DNA of 64,000 nt from contig OZ024743.1 in the NCBI GenBank assembly GCA_964016885.1, positions 42,346,001 to 42,410,000 of the forward strand, given 5' to 3'. Each line of letters opens with the position of its first letter. The stretch's first letter is position 1. Origin of the DNA: Eledone cirrhosa. Lineage: Eukaryota. The notes beneath the pieces are model-generated. The model was not told the origin of the DNA, did not search any database, and worked only from the letters and a program-made list of their open reading frames with translations. A program made the position numbers and the translations under genes. Shown piece after piece: positions 23,579 through 38,049 of the stretch.

Positions 23579-26500
23579 GCGGACAGTTTCGACAACTTTA
23601 ATTAACATATGTTTGTAAGTCCGATGCAACCACAGAAGAAACTTGAAACTCTAAGAAAAGGCAGCCCCACAAACAGAGCATTATCAGGATAATGCCACAA
23701 AAAGAAGCAGAAGAATCTTCCTATGAACAATTTTCCCCAACTTATATGTTTATGTATGTATTTGTATATTTTTAACCTTTTTTTATTTGTATATAAGGGA
23801 GTTTTAGTGTGATGGTATATCTCGCATTCTAAGTGTTTTTTAAATGCATTTCAATAAAATATGCACCAAACCTGAACGCATACGAATTGAGACTGATATA
23901 ATGCACGAAATCCATTGCATGTGATGCTCCAGTATGATTACAGTCTAATGACAGAAACTAGTAAATACGTAAAAGAGAGTGTGTAGATATATTTTATCAG
24001 GATATTTCATAATCATTATATCCCCGCCGAGGTTGACTTTGCCTTTCATCCTTACGGGGTCGATAAAATAAAGTACCAGTAATGCACTGGGTAATTGCTG
24101 GCCTTGTGCCTAAAGTAGAAACAATTATATCATAAATGACATTTATTATCTGTAATAAAGTTTTACATCATCTTCTTTCTACTAGGATGGACACCAACAC
24201 AATAAATGTCACAGCTGTCATTGAAATGTTGCCACAGGTAACATTTTGTCACATAACATCGTTACTGTTGGTAAACATAACTAATTTTCTTAGATTGATA
24301 TTTTAGATATATATATATTAATATGTACTCGGTGTTTCGACCTAAATCATGGCAGAATTGCAAAGAGCGTTGGAGAACATGTTTAAATCCCACGCGAGTC
24401 TATCTTTTTTTTTTCATAAAGCAGATTTCAAATCAGCTACCAAATCTCTATTTAATCAAATCTGCCTTTCATCGTCCCCTAAATAGGAATAATTTTCCTC
24501 ATATATGTAGTCAATATAATTTAGAGATATTGCCCTGTTCAGTAATTAATACGCTATTTAAGCTTTATGGTATATTATCTTCCTGCTTAATGGGATGCAT
24601 CTCCATATGTTTTGAAAACCAGTATTCCACCTGATCGAGCGGCCGAACAATCTCTTCATAACATTAGTGTACAATGCCTGAGTATTTCACAGAGAAGAGT
24701 GTTCCTAGTGAAATTTTCAGACTGATTCAGTGTGAGATAATGTGTAACAAGTCTAGGTCTGTGAATTACAGATATATTATATCTCAAACTGGTTTCCAAT
24801 AAAACTCTGTCTTCTGATACTATGGAGTGAAATCGACCCCAAGACAGTATGATATGCTATGCATACAGCGAGGTAATATACTGCGGTTTACTATCTATTA
24901 TAACTTAGACTTGTGGTTATATATTTAGTTGGGAGTGTAAATATATAAATATATCTGATCGACATCGGATCTTGAATCATGGCTCATGTTAGGGTATTAA
25001 ATATATTGATGTACGTCTGGCATGGTTAAGTGATTAATAAATTCACTAAGCAATCATTTGGATCCGGTTCGATCCCACACAGTGAGATCTTGGACTTAAT
25101 GTTTGTTAATGCCTAAGGAGTGAAATTCGGGCTGGAAATAGTATGGATGACTATGAGAGGAATTGAACTGGCAATTCAAATTTTCAAATGCTGTCACATA
25201 CTGTCACAATAATGCTTCCTAGGCACACGTGATTGTAGAATACTTAATCACTAATTTGTGTTTCCACGGGTTACTGTACAGGTGAACGAATAAATGAAAG
25301 CTCGTTGTCGAAACCATGTTACTATTTCAAGAATTATTTAATGATCTTTCTGTGGTCGTTTACGTTTCTAGTATTCAATTCTGATTAAACAATTGAATCG
25401 ACGTCACCGAATAGAGGCATCCATATTAATTGTCAATGATTTTATTCGTTTCCATGAAGTATGTGCGTAGTTCTAATCTTAGACATGGTGATATAGAATC
25501 TACAACTGTTTATTGCAAACCTAATGATGTTTTAGGTTGATGTCCATGACAAATTGTTTTATATCAGAATACGCGTCTATATTGATCAATAAGAAGTGAC
25601 TAAGTATATTTTGATTGAATTCCTAGCAATCAATTTAAATAGGCTTCGAAACAGAACTTCGTCAGCCTAGAGGATAGAGATCGCAAAACATCGAAAGAAA
25701 ATATGATTTTTATTTTCAAACACATAGTGATGGAATTATCTTATGCCACGCTTCCTTGGAACAACCCGCTAATCTCTACAATATAAATCTAGGTAGTATC
25801 CGTAAAACAAACACCGTGAGGATGATTTCATCTTTCAGTGGCGGCACGCCTAATTATCTCCATCGTTAAGGACATCGGCATTTTGTCCATTGATATCGAG
25901 AAACAGTTGTATGAAACACTGTGATTTCATTTGTTTGTTTCATCAGAATGACCAAATTCTTCTTATGATTGCAAAATAATAAATACAATATTCATTCTCT
26001 GCCTCCCATATATATACATATATAATGAAGACGTCAGTATATTTGAATCCCACTTACTGATTACTTTGTTACTGTTATATATATTTCAGTGGTATTTATT
26101 ATGTAATAAATGCGAGCTAATCAATGATCTATTGTAAAATCGATTAATCTTATTGCTTGATTTTTACTCATTTTTATCCTTTTATTTATGGTTAAAGGTT
26201 AATTTAAACCTATAAAATAGGTGTTTTAGAGATGTTGCATGTTGGAGTATGGTTATTAATTTGGATTGGCGAAGGGCAGGGTATTGGGCAGTATCGGTAG
26301 AGGGTCGGACACCATGCTTTGTAGCATAGAGTTACGGCCCTTGCAATTCTGAGTTCAAATCCAGCCGAAGTTAACTTTGCCTTTCATCCTTGAGGGGTCA
26401 ATAAAATAAAGTACCAATAATGCACTTGGATAATTGCTGGCCTTGTGCCAAAAGTAGAAACAATTATTTTACGTGCTGTAGTTGTAAGGATTCGGTTTCC

Positions 26501-26847
26501 CAGCAGGGGTTTGTTTTTCTCCGCATTTGATTGATTTGATAACACTAATACAAATGCGTCTCAGAGCTCCCACTCTTTTTTTTGTTGGGGGGGGGAGGGG
26601 GTCTGAAAACAAAATAAGGAAGACCAAACAATAGAACTAGATGTAGCTGCTAGTACAAAATATTACCATTAATATTTGTTTACGATCTGAGTTCAAATCT
26701 CGCCGAGGTTGACTTTGCCTTTCATCCTTACGGGGTCGATAAAATAAAGTACCAGTAATGCACTGGGTAATTGCTGGCCTTGTGCCTAAAGTAGAAACAA
26801 TTAATATTTGTTGCATGTGTTAGAAAATGCATTATTAGAAAGGTTAA

Positions 26848-26866
26848 GTAGTAGTAGTAGTAGTAA

Positions 26867-26899
<33 letters not shown>

Positions 26900-27088
26900 C
26901 AGCTGCAGTAATAGTAGTAGTAGTAGCAGCAGCAGCAGCAACAGTAGTAGTAGTAGTAGTAGCTGCAGCAGCAGTAGCAGCAGTAGCAGCAGCAGTAGCA
27001 ACAGCAGTAGTAGCATTAGTAGTAGTAGTAGCAACAGCAGTAGTAGCATTAGTAGTAGTAGTAGCAGCAGCAGTCGTTGTTGTAGTAA
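26848..27088. repeat. (AGT)n/(AGC)n trinucleotide microsatellite
   Basis: Directly visible; explains the poly-S and poly-L ORFs. Confidence 0.95.
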
Positions 27089-27678
27089 TCGCATTTATGA
27101 CCTCAGTAGCTTTTCATGTACACTATTTTAAATTCACTCATAAAATTCAAAAGTAAATGTGCAAAGAATGATGGATATAACTAAAGATGAAAATGTAGAT
27201 ATGTATGCATGTGTGTGACATAGATACACATGAGAAATGAGCCAAAATCCGGACCCCGTTTATAAGCCGAGGCAGCTGGTAAACACATTATATTTAGATG
27301 GCACCATTTTGAAATTCTCATGGATGAAGTATATATTTATGGAGTTTTAGAATGTTGATGTTTGAAATGTTTTAAATGTCGTTCAGAATATATACTGATT
27401 TAACGATTCCATTATGAAATGATTTTTTTTACCAATTTCCGACCTTTTTGAAGGTCATTTTCATTCAAAACATAAACAGCTATAAACTTTCAGCCACCCC
27501 TAAAGTGAAATCGATGCAACATACACTATCAAATCGAAGTTATTTTAGCACCTCTTTTAAGTAGAATTTGAAATTGGTGTAAATCAGCAAAATATTGACC
27601 TCGAACACTTTGTCTCATAATTCTCAGCTAATATACGAGTATATACGGTATATAATTTATTTTATATTTTATTATTAA

Positions 27679-28267
27679 CTAGCAGTGGTACCCGGCGTTG
27701 CACAGGATAAGGTATTTTGGAACGCGGACAATATGTAAAGATAATAAACCGAATACTCTGATGGCTGGATAATCTTTAAGATTTTCCTAGATGAAGCAGG
27801 AAAAATGTAGGTTTTCAAATAATTCGGGCCCTAGGGATTCAAGAAAATGAATTTATTTTATGTGCATCATATGCCTTGAAATTTCGGGAAAATCGGCTAG
27901 ACGTAACGCCTCCAAAAAGCCCTAGGAAGCTGAAAGAATGAAGTTTTTCACCTAATGCAGGCCCTAGACCATAAGAAAGTTCGATTTTCTTTGCTTACGG
28001 TATGAAGAAGAGACTGACTAATACATAGTTACAATTTCAAGGAAATCGGTCTGACGTAACGCCTCAAAAAACCCATAAAAATGTTGAACAACGCAGTTTT
28101 TTACCTAATGCAGGCCCTAGGAGATAAAAAAAGTTGAATTATTTTATGTGCCTAACACTCCCTGAAACATAAGTATTACACATGTAAAGTTTGAAAAACA
28201 TCGGTTGGGTACTTCTCGAGATTTAGGGATTCAAACTCACACACACAAACACACACACACACACACA

Positions 28268-28324
<57 letters not shown>

Positions 28325-28624
28325 ATCCTCAAGGTAGTGACGTAATGCAGACAGTCAGACATTACAGACAGATATTATAAGGGCGCGACGTTGTAAGTAT
28401 GTATCTATCTAAAAAGAGAAAGACTAAGAATTATAGAGCAGGATCGCTAAATCGCCTAATGTGGTCCCTGGAGCATAGAAAATTTGAATTTAATTTTTCT
28501 CAGAACACTCCCTGTAACATAACTATGTGTAAAGTTTGAAAACAGTCGGTTGGGTGGTTCTCGAGATTTAGGGATTCGAACTCACACACTCACAGACAAA
28601 CATCCTAAGTTTTATATATATAGA
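27679..28624 (-). mobile_element. Non-autonomous Helitron with internal duplications and (CA)n
   Basis: Minus strand starts A|TCTATATATATAAAAC and ends with the subterminal hairpin cctgtgcaacgccggg, then taccactgCTAG|T. aacactccctg...ttctcgagatttagggattc is repeated at ~28154 and ~28504. Confidence 0.75.
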
Positions 28625-30386
28625 TTAAAGTCCTGAATTATTAGAGTCAGAATGCTTTACGGCAATTTGTCCATTTATCTACGCTCTTAGTTCAAATTCT
28701 GTCGAGGCCAGTCTTGCCTCTCATAATTTGAATTTTAAGTAGATTAATCATCTCTCTCACAAACTCTCGCTCTCTCTCCATATATATACATATATATATA
28801 TATATACATATATATGCAAAAATTTTATTTAAAATTGTTGGGTTACAACGAGTAAATATTTTATAACTGATATAAAAGCACTCAACAGATTTTTTGGAGT
28901 ATTTTACGATATTAAACAAATGGAAACTACATTTATAAAACCATATTTATTTCATTATATATATTTCAGGGATATCATATTAAAAATATGGTATGCCCTC
29001 TTCAGACAAAATACAATATATAAACAGTTTTATAAATAAATTTGACATACCTTGAAAAATTTACAACTTCCATTTAAAAAGTTGTTATGGTAGTGAGAAT
29101 GTTAAGGACAGTTAGAAAGAAAGACGGAGAAAAAAGAAAAAGAAGGAAAAAAAAAGAAAAAGAAAGAGCGGAAGGTGAAGAAGATGAAGAAATGTATGTA
29201 AAGAGAAAAACACCAAATGAGAGATTTATGAGGGAAGGGGGTACTGTAATTATTTATTTATTTATTTATTTATTTAGTGTTAAGGATACGGGGAGAAATA
29301 AAACAAAAACAAAAATAAATAAGGAGAGGTAGATCGAGTAATATCTATCATACGAGGTGGGAGAGATAGGGGAGGGGTGAGATACAGGAGATAGAGTTAA
29401 AACAGCCGATACATAAGTCCTGTTAAATGTAGAGGGAGGAGGAGAGGAGATATACTTAGAAATAAAAATGATAGTTTTAAAATATTATGTTTCATCAGTC
29501 TATCAATTCCTATGAATTATAATGTAAATATCAATATTCATGAATGAGACACATATCAATAATGTGTGAAAAAATAATGACTATATGTTTAGTTTAAAAA
29601 TTCTTAGGTTTACAATCAAAATCTGAGATAAAACTTCAAAAAAATACTGAAATACATAAGTATATATGTATTTTCATGAAAAAAGAGAAAAAGAAAAAAG
29701 AGAAAGAAAAAGAGAAGGTTATCTCAAATTGACATTATAGACATATGTGAGCTTACGTGAACAGCTCTGTAAATTTGTATTTCACATGAAAAGCTTCATT
29801 GCGTTAAAATAGACTTTACCGTACATATATGTACATACATACATACATATACATAAAATATACATTATTAGTAATAATAATAATATTCTTGCCCTCTCAT
29901 ACATGATTATCGTTCAAGCATAGAATAGAACCGATATCAATATATTAAAATACTAAAATATTAAAAACGCCAAGAATTTTTCACTCCCCAGAATATCTAG
30001 GGCCGTAAAAAACACAGTGTGCCCCGCATATCAATCAATCCTTCCAATTTATTTGACAATATATTGCCAAGTTCATTAGAAGCAATCAGAATCAAAAGTA
30101 AACAAAACCAAAATTATTCACCAAACTTGTTTAGCAGAAATCATTCAAAAAAACTTTAGGATACCCGGTTGTTCTACAGATTCTCTTATATTTATTATAG
30201 AAGTTTATCTAGCTTAACAATTTTATTCAATAGATTTGGGAGCATCACCATTTTAAGGTAGTTTAATTACATTATTAATTATATACTCATGAAGAAGGTT
30301 TAAAGAATTGAAGGAATCGAAAGATTTATCGCCAAGTTTTCTAAAATAATTAAAAAATAATTAAAAAGTAATTAAAAGTGTGTGTG

Positions 30387-30419
<33 letters not shown>

Positions 30420-30545
30420 ACATACACACACACACACACTTATATATATATTTATATATACATACATTCTTGATGTTTTCATACGAATGAAACAGTTCTA
30501 GTCATGTAGAGAATATATGAATATATATATATGTGGGGGGGGGGC

Positions 30546-30576
<31 letters not shown>

Positions 30577-31818
30577 GTATACCTTATTTCCACCTCTCAC
30601 TCTTCATTCTTTATTGAATTTGCCTTTTTTCAGACCTGGTGAGGGATGGATGTATGCTTCCATAATTTGACAATCAAGTAATTGAATATGAATTGCATTC
30701 TCACCTCTGATATATTTGTTAAATCTTAATGCTCCTGACCAGGAATTCCACCACGGATTCCTGGGTGTTCGAAATGATCATATTTCAACACATCTGCTTT
30801 TGGTATCTCATAGTATCGATTATTGATCTCACATTTATTGAATTCTAATTCGATTTCAAATGGTATTTTGAAATAATTTTCACAAAGAAATTAATCTGAA
30901 TAATATGGGTTGTTTAAATTCGGTCAGGCTATATAGTATAATATAATATAATATAATATGAGTGAGTATAATAGATTCGGTTATAATAATAAATTATTTG
31001 TGTAATGTATTATTTATTTTAACACTTCAGTGTAAATATATAGAATTAAAGTGGTTTACGATACGAGGAATATTCGAATTGAATAATCATAAAAAGGGCA
31101 TAACAAAACAGCTAAGACTGATAATAAATAGTTAACAAAATTAAATATATTCAACACTATATTTAGAAAACAAATAGAAAATAAAAATAACAAGAGAACT
31201 ATTCCATTTAAGGTAACACATCACGGAAGTCCTATTCAATTGCCAATCGGTGACACAATCGTTGTGACATTGTCTTCATATAAATTTTAATCCATTTCAT
31301 CCTCTGGCGTTTATAGCTCGCGCCAATTCATACATGGCTGCTCAATTTCCCAGCAAATAAATCAGATCTTCACTATTATACTCTTAGTGCCATTTATAGC
31401 TGTAATTTTCAAATGTTGTGAACTAGGCTTTATCGATCGTTATGAATATCCACCACACTTAGACGCTGTGTATTAAAACCACGTTTAAAGGAAGTATTAG
31501 GCAGACAACAATAACAAAACTATAAATATATACGAACAAACATGCGAACATACAGTCACTCATGCACCCCTACAAAAAGCACATCCTCACACACACACGT
31601 ATGTACGTATGCGGATGCATGTATGTGAGGGTGTGTGCGTGTGTATGTGAGCTTACAAAATTTGAGGCTTACACACGTGATCGGAAATTCATGTATGTAC
31701 ACACAGGAATAACTTTACAAATAAATATAAATAGTTAGTGATTTAGAAAAACAATAATACACATATAATTGTTTGCCCGCCGTGTATACGGAGACATAGC
31801 GTTATATATATATATATA

Positions 31819-31891
<73 letters not shown>

Positions 31892-31948
31892 ATAGTTGTG
31901 AGTCAGTGCGTGTGTGTGTGTGTGTGCGTGTATCTATCTATTTAGCTA

Positions 31949-32008
<60 letters not shown>

Positions 32009-32232
32009 CATGTGTGTGTGTGTGTGTGTGTGTAATTAATGTATTAAAAATTATTTCACTAAAACCCATTTACTTGTCACGTATAACAATACAGTCTTCA
32101 AGTTAAATTATGCCGTACCAGATTGAGCCAAGCTGAAATGAAAAACTAGAAATAACCCCAATGTTATTTCGATCAACTTTACGAGAGATTTTCAAACTGA
32201 AACTAGGTATATATCATTTTTTAAATCATTGT

Positions 32233-32383
32233 ATCTACTTTTGGCATAAGGCCAGCAATTATACCAGTGTATTACTGGTACTTTATTTTATCAACCCCAT
32301 AAGGATGAAATCAAATTAACCTCGTCGGGATTTGAACTCTGACCATAAAGAGCCGTAACTCTTTGCTGCCAATCCACCACCAA
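32233..32383 (-). mobile_element. SINE
   Basis: Reverse complement of SINE tail, core and B box. Confidence 0.8.
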
Positions 32384-33609
32384 TCCCTTTTTTATATAGT
32401 AAATTTCATCCATTCTGCCTCCCTAAAAATCCCGAAACACAATTGGAATTATAGGCCAGTACATTACTCTTATTGCTCGTGGCCTAATATTTCAGAGGTT
32501 CACCTTGCTACCATAGCTATCTTACGTTTCCGGGTTCGATTCGACTGCACGAAATATTTGGCAAGTGTCATTTCCCCTATTTGCATATCAACCCACGCCG
32601 TGAGTCTCGTATTAGGTAGACGGAAACTTCACATTACGATGAAATACATGCCCTTTCCGTTTACATTAATGATGTTGACGTTCAGTGTATTGAATGAATG
32701 AATGTACATAATCAAATCAGGCGTAGGACCAATCATGCAGTATTGGGATAGGGGTGATTGATGCATGCAGATTTCTATCGTTAGAGATCATCAGTGATCG
32801 CTTATTCGTGTCCAGATACAGATGCATGATAGTTACTTTCGTCATATATCTTGTGTAAACAATCACTCTTGGTGAATCCTGTTTAAAATATAGTTTAGAC
32901 GTAATTCGCTCATACTCAAATATGGATTGCATATTAGTATTACAAGCAATATAATGCATGAAATAATAGCTTTTCGAACAATGAGAATGGACCATATTAG
33001 AAGAATTAATTTTCTGATGGATAATCACAATAAATGAGTATCCTCACGTTAAACAATGAAGATAGATGAAGCAACAAAATCCAACAACAGCTTTCCAACG
33101 TAGATATAGCAGATAATAATTTTATTAAAGTTATCCTACACAAAATTCAATGATGAATATTTCAGACTTATCTAAACAAGTATATTGCAATCCTATACAT
33201 TTTCAATATGAATATATTTTAAATTATAATCAGTTATAATCATTAATCTTGTGAAATACCGTCGAAAATAAAATAGAAAATCACTTCCAAAGATTAAACC
33301 TATGGATAAACCCACAACGAATGCAAATCTGTCCATTGAAAACAGAGAAAATGTATGCATACATCAATGTTAATATGATAAATAAAATAACAAAAGTAAC
33401 AGCCAGCCACAGTAATGGAAAAGAAGAGTTGATAGTTCTTGAAAACCTCTCGTATGAAAATACCAAAACCAAAACGATGAAAAAGAAACATACCTAATAT
33501 AATTTCTTTCAGTTCTTAGTGAAATCAATAACAAAAAATCACGAATGATAGAAAAAGGAAAAAGAGAAAAAATATATACAAAGAAGAATTAATTCAGATG
33601 ATGAAATGC

Positions 33610-34770
33610 TTACTACAAAGGAAAGTCGCCAAATCACAAAATCCGATTATGTCGAAGTGACAATAATTATCGTAACAAAAGCAGCTAAACTTCAACTCAA
33701 AACAATTTACTGAAAACACAGTTGAAATGAAAACATAGATGAATGATAAGTAGAACTTGTATTATTATGGACAGTGGATTGATCACCATGGATATGACAA
33801 TTCAATGGTACACGTGCAGTACTCGTGTCCTGGATGAAATTAAAATCCCGATCATTTACAAACATTGTAGAAAGTGAGGATTTGTGAAGAGGGAAAACAT
33901 GATATGGTTGCAATTGATGAACTTTTAAATAAATATCTGCAATATGCCTTCAATAATTTTTAATAACTTATTGAACATCCAGGAGCAACAAATGAATGTC
34001 GCTCTGAACAAAACGGTATCTTATTTCCAAAGTCTCAATAAACAATAATCTTCCAAAATGTTACATTAATTCAACGTTCAAAGCAAATGATGATTGGTGA
34101 ATATGAAAGAGGATTTATTCAAAGTAGATAATATAATTTTAATTAAGTCAGCTACTTCAATCCAATGAAGGCGTAGAGAGTAACGCTTCAAGAGTAGTCT
34201 CATCGATTTGTGGAACATTTAGAAGCAATGTTAGTAATTGAACTGGCTCCATTAATAATTTCTTCAATTTAAATTTGTTAATACAATCTTAATTTATTTA
34301 CAAATATCTAGTGATAGGTAGACATCATTTTGGGGTGAGCTCGTATTCTAATCTAATTTAAAGCAGACCTTCCGAGATATAATTCAATTAAATAGGTTAC
34401 AATCTGGTGTTAGTTCTTATATATGTACGGTATCTACTGCATAGAATAGATCTCCGTTGTTTTTAATGATTCCAGTGGATTGATCAATGGAAGACGTTAC
34501 TAGTGAAATCTACTTGCAAGTCACTGGGTAATCCAATGACATATGTGCCCTTAATGAAATTCTCAACAATTTAACGTGAGAAAATATGAAAGGCAGTGTG
34601 CATTGAATTTCAAGAACAGTCAATTCAAAATGCTTACGCACTGTTTCCTTCTACCCTGTTGCAAGTTCGGGTCGATCAATGGCAATGGGAAATGATATTT
34701 TTCCGTACACCAGTGTATACCAGGCAGTGAAATTATAGCAATTAAAATAATATTACGAGGTGGACCTCTC
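33610..34770 (-). pseudogene. Possible decayed type I membrane protein with cadherin-like motifs
   Basis: Across frames, in order: hydrophobic NIILIAIISLPGIHWC, FELTVLEI, IVENFIKGTYVIG, SIDQSTGII, S/T-rich HNNTSSTYHSS, TM-like IVLS*SLAAFVTIIIVTST*SDFVIWR. Many stops and frameshifts. Confidence 0.3.
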
Positions 34771-35251
34771 AATCATTTGGCCAATCTAAGGCATATGAAC
34801 ATATTATATGACAAGTTTCATTATACTGATATTAATGAATACACTCATTAAATAAATAATTCTAAAACTGGCTTTATCAGCGCCAGGGATCTTTACTTGA
34901 CAAAGGACGTCTAATATTGTAAATGTTCCTTTCTCAGGTATATCAAATCTGTATCCATACTCCTAATTTATGTCACCAAAAAATAAATATGTGATTTCTA
35001 ATTACAAATGGAATCAAAATTCAATCAGTTATTTAGTAAAGGGATACAGGTTCCTGGCATCGACGGAATTGAATTAGTTTTCGGTAGATATTTACTACTT
35101 TTTAAAAACATTTTCTTAATAAGACCCGTTATTGCATTGGTTTATTTCTCAATGTTTCATGAATAATAAATAAGTTGCTATGTCGCACAATGTGCAACCA
35201 CACTCATACACACACAGACACATATATATATATAAACACATACAAGTATTC

Positions 35252-35289
<38 letters not shown>

Positions 35290-35620
35290 TCATTAGAACT
35301 GAGTCGATATTGTGATCAGGCCGTTACATGTCTTATGAAGCGCTGGAAAATATCTTTGACACTAAAGTATAAATGCTGAAGTTAATGAATTTGTGCGTTT
35401 TTTGACTGGTTAAAATTGTCTTTCCAAGATTTAACTTCAATATTTAAAAACATGGCCTCCCATCATGTCACTTGTTATTTTCTGAGCATGTACAGCAATG
35501 AAATGAATATATATATATATATATATATAATCAAGGTTTAGCAAATAAGAAAAAGTTTCAAAATAAATCTAGTTACCTTTACCGAATCGGCTTCGAGTCT
35601 CAAAAATAAATGGACAAACC

Positions 35621-35677
<57 letters not shown>

Positions 35678-35679
35678 AC

Positions 35680-35739
<60 letters not shown>

Positions 35740-35743
35740 ATTG

Positions 35744-35806
<63 letters not shown>

Positions 35807-35859
35807 GATTTGATATATATATAATTGATTTGATATATATATATATATATATATATATA

Positions 35860-36700
35860 GAAGTTTAATAGTGTGATCGCAGACATGGTAAGAGTGATGA
35901 AGAAGGCATCCCGCATGAGCGACCCAACTGAAATGGAAAGACACATCCAACACTTCATCAATCGCATGCTGTTCTCTGACTACGGTCAAAGAGACAGAAT
36001 CAGAGTATACAAAGGATCCACGGAGAAATATAAGACCCTCATAGAAATGGACTTGAAAGGAATTTGCCCATTGTACAGGAGAAAATCATAGAATACCATA
36101 AATAGGACTAAACATAAGATAGGGAAATCCACTTCATGGTACGACAACCAGAGATACCAGAGTGTCATGTTTGTGGATGCTACCCTTGGATTGAAATTAA
36201 CTAAGCAATGTAGAAAGGCCCTAAAAAAGATCCATCTAAACATTAAATTGGTAGAAAAGCCAGGAACTACCATAAAATCCCTGATCAGCAAGACATACCC
36301 CTTTAACAAAACCAACTATACGAATAAGAAATGTGTTATATGTAGAATAAACTCCAAGATAAATTGTATAGTTAGTAATGTAGTCTATAGCATAAGATGT
36401 ACATGACAACGACATACATAGGTGAGAGAGCTCGAAGCATAGGAGAAATAATAGACCCAACACTGGGGAAGTAAAAGGACAAAAACGGTCCAGTACTATA
36501 TGAAAAGACCAAACAAAGACATGACGGTAATATAGACAACATAGAAATTAAAATAATATTTAAGCATAGAAATGACTCAACTCGTAGGTAAATCAGAGAA
36601 GCAACTGACATAGAACTAAGAAGACCGAAGTTGAACAGAAAGAACGAATGGAATAACAACAACCATACCCAAACAAACAATACTGACCTAAAGGAAATAT
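35860..36700 (+). mobile_element. Decayed Penelope-like element C-terminal region with GIY-YIG
   Basis: [10 protein letters not shown]...PLYRRKS, MFVDATLGLKL...KLVEKPGTTIKSLISKTYPF...CVIC...NVVYSIRC followed by TYIGE; 5' end abuts (TA)n. Confidence 0.85.
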
Positions 36701-36709
36701 AAATATATA

Positions 36710-36772
36710 TATACTCTTTTACTCTTTTACCTGTTTCAGCCATCCGGCTGAGGCCATGCTAGGGCACCGCCC
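36710..36772 (-). mobile_element. 3' tail fragment of an octopus OR-type SINE/LINE-derived repeat
   Basis: Minus strand ggcggtgccctagcatggcctcagccggatggctgaaacaggtaaaagagtaaaagagta; matches my recollection of the abundant octopus SINE tail. Confidence 0.55.
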
Positions 36773-36872
36773 TTGACATATATATATATATTTATTAAAA
36801 TAACAGATTAAAGTTTAAGCAAAGAATCGCTGCTTTCACCCTTAACGGGATCTTCTGAAACTAACAAAATCA

Positions 36873-37637
36873 CGAGCCCTCTTTGGATTTTAGTCTTCAA
36901 TTTTATTATTTTAATAAATATTCGCTCTACGGTTCTTATATATTTGATATATATTTTCCTTATCGAGCGCTCTTTGGATTTTAGTCTTCAATTTTATTAT
37001 TTTAATAAATATTCGCTCTACGGTTCTTATATATTTCATATATATTTTCCTTATCGAGCCCTCTTTGGATTTTAGTCTTCAATTTTATTATTTTAATAAA
37101 TATTCGCTCTAGGGTTCTTATATATTTGATATATATTTTCCTTATCGAGCCCTCTTTGGATTTTAGTCTTCAATTTTATTATTTTAATAAATATTCGCTC
37201 TACGGTTCTTATATATTTGATATATATTTTCCTTATCGAGCCCTCTTTGGATTTTAGTCTTCAATTTTATTATTTTAATAAATATTCGCTCTACGGTTCT
37301 TATATATTTGATATATAGTTTCCTTATCGAGCCCTCTTTGGATTTTAGTCTTCAATTTTATTATTTTAATAAATAATCGCTCTACGGTTCTTATATATTT
37401 GATATATATTTTCCTTATCGAGCCCTCTTTGGATTTTAGTCTTCAATTTTATTATTTTAATAAATATTCGCTCTACGGTTCTTATATATTTGATATATAG
37501 TTTCCTTATCGAGCCCTCTTTGGATTTTAGTCTTCAATTTTATTATTTTAATAAATAATCGCTCTACGGTTCTTATATATTTGATATATATTTTCCTTAT
37601 CGAGCCCTCTTTGGATTTTAGTCTTCAATTTTATTAT

Positions 37638-37638
<1 letters not shown>
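36873..37638. repeat. Minisatellite, 91-bp unit x ~8.4, nearly identical copies
   Basis: cgagccctctttggattttagtcttc recurs every 91 bp (36873, 36964, 37055 ... 37601). Confidence 0.97.
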
Positions 37639-37682
<44 letters not shown>

Positions 37683-38049
37683 AGTACAATAACAACAAGC
37701 ACATATAAACACGCACTAGTGAACAAAGATAGAATACGAAAACGAAAATTCATACACTCAAACGTGAACATTAAACACACACGTAAACGCATGCACAGCA
37801 ACAGAGAGAAGAAGAAATAAATAAATGAATCAAATAGAAATGGCGTAGGATTTATAATACAAAGACAGGAAACATAATAGTAACACTGAGGATGTCACAT
37901 ATATATACATATATATATACATAGAATGTTTAAGTATCGAGCAAGAGAAAAAAGGAAAGATAGGCGATACACATATTTAGTTGCCAATAGGTTGTGCAAA
38001 TGTGCTCAATACTTGTGCCTACAGGGTTAAACATTAGAAGCGTTAATAT

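Larger units (their letters stand above)
21994..26802. repeat. Tandem segmental duplication, copy 2 (SINE-to-SINE period ~4685 bp)
   Basis: Starts and ends in 5'-truncated SINEs (tttacgatctgagttcaaatc at 21994 and 26679). Confidence 0.92.

Noticed and set aside
26801-27131. Poly-Ser and poly-Leu ORFs
   Set aside because: Trinucleotide microsatellite with no flanking coding context.
33281-33472. Hydrophobic ORF as TM4 of a Cys-loop or chemotactile receptor
   Set aside because: No Cys-loop or TM1-3 signature found upstream.
36873-37638. CRISPR-like regular repeats
   Set aside because: Units are contiguous and near-identical with no unique spacers; eukaryotic context, no cas genes.
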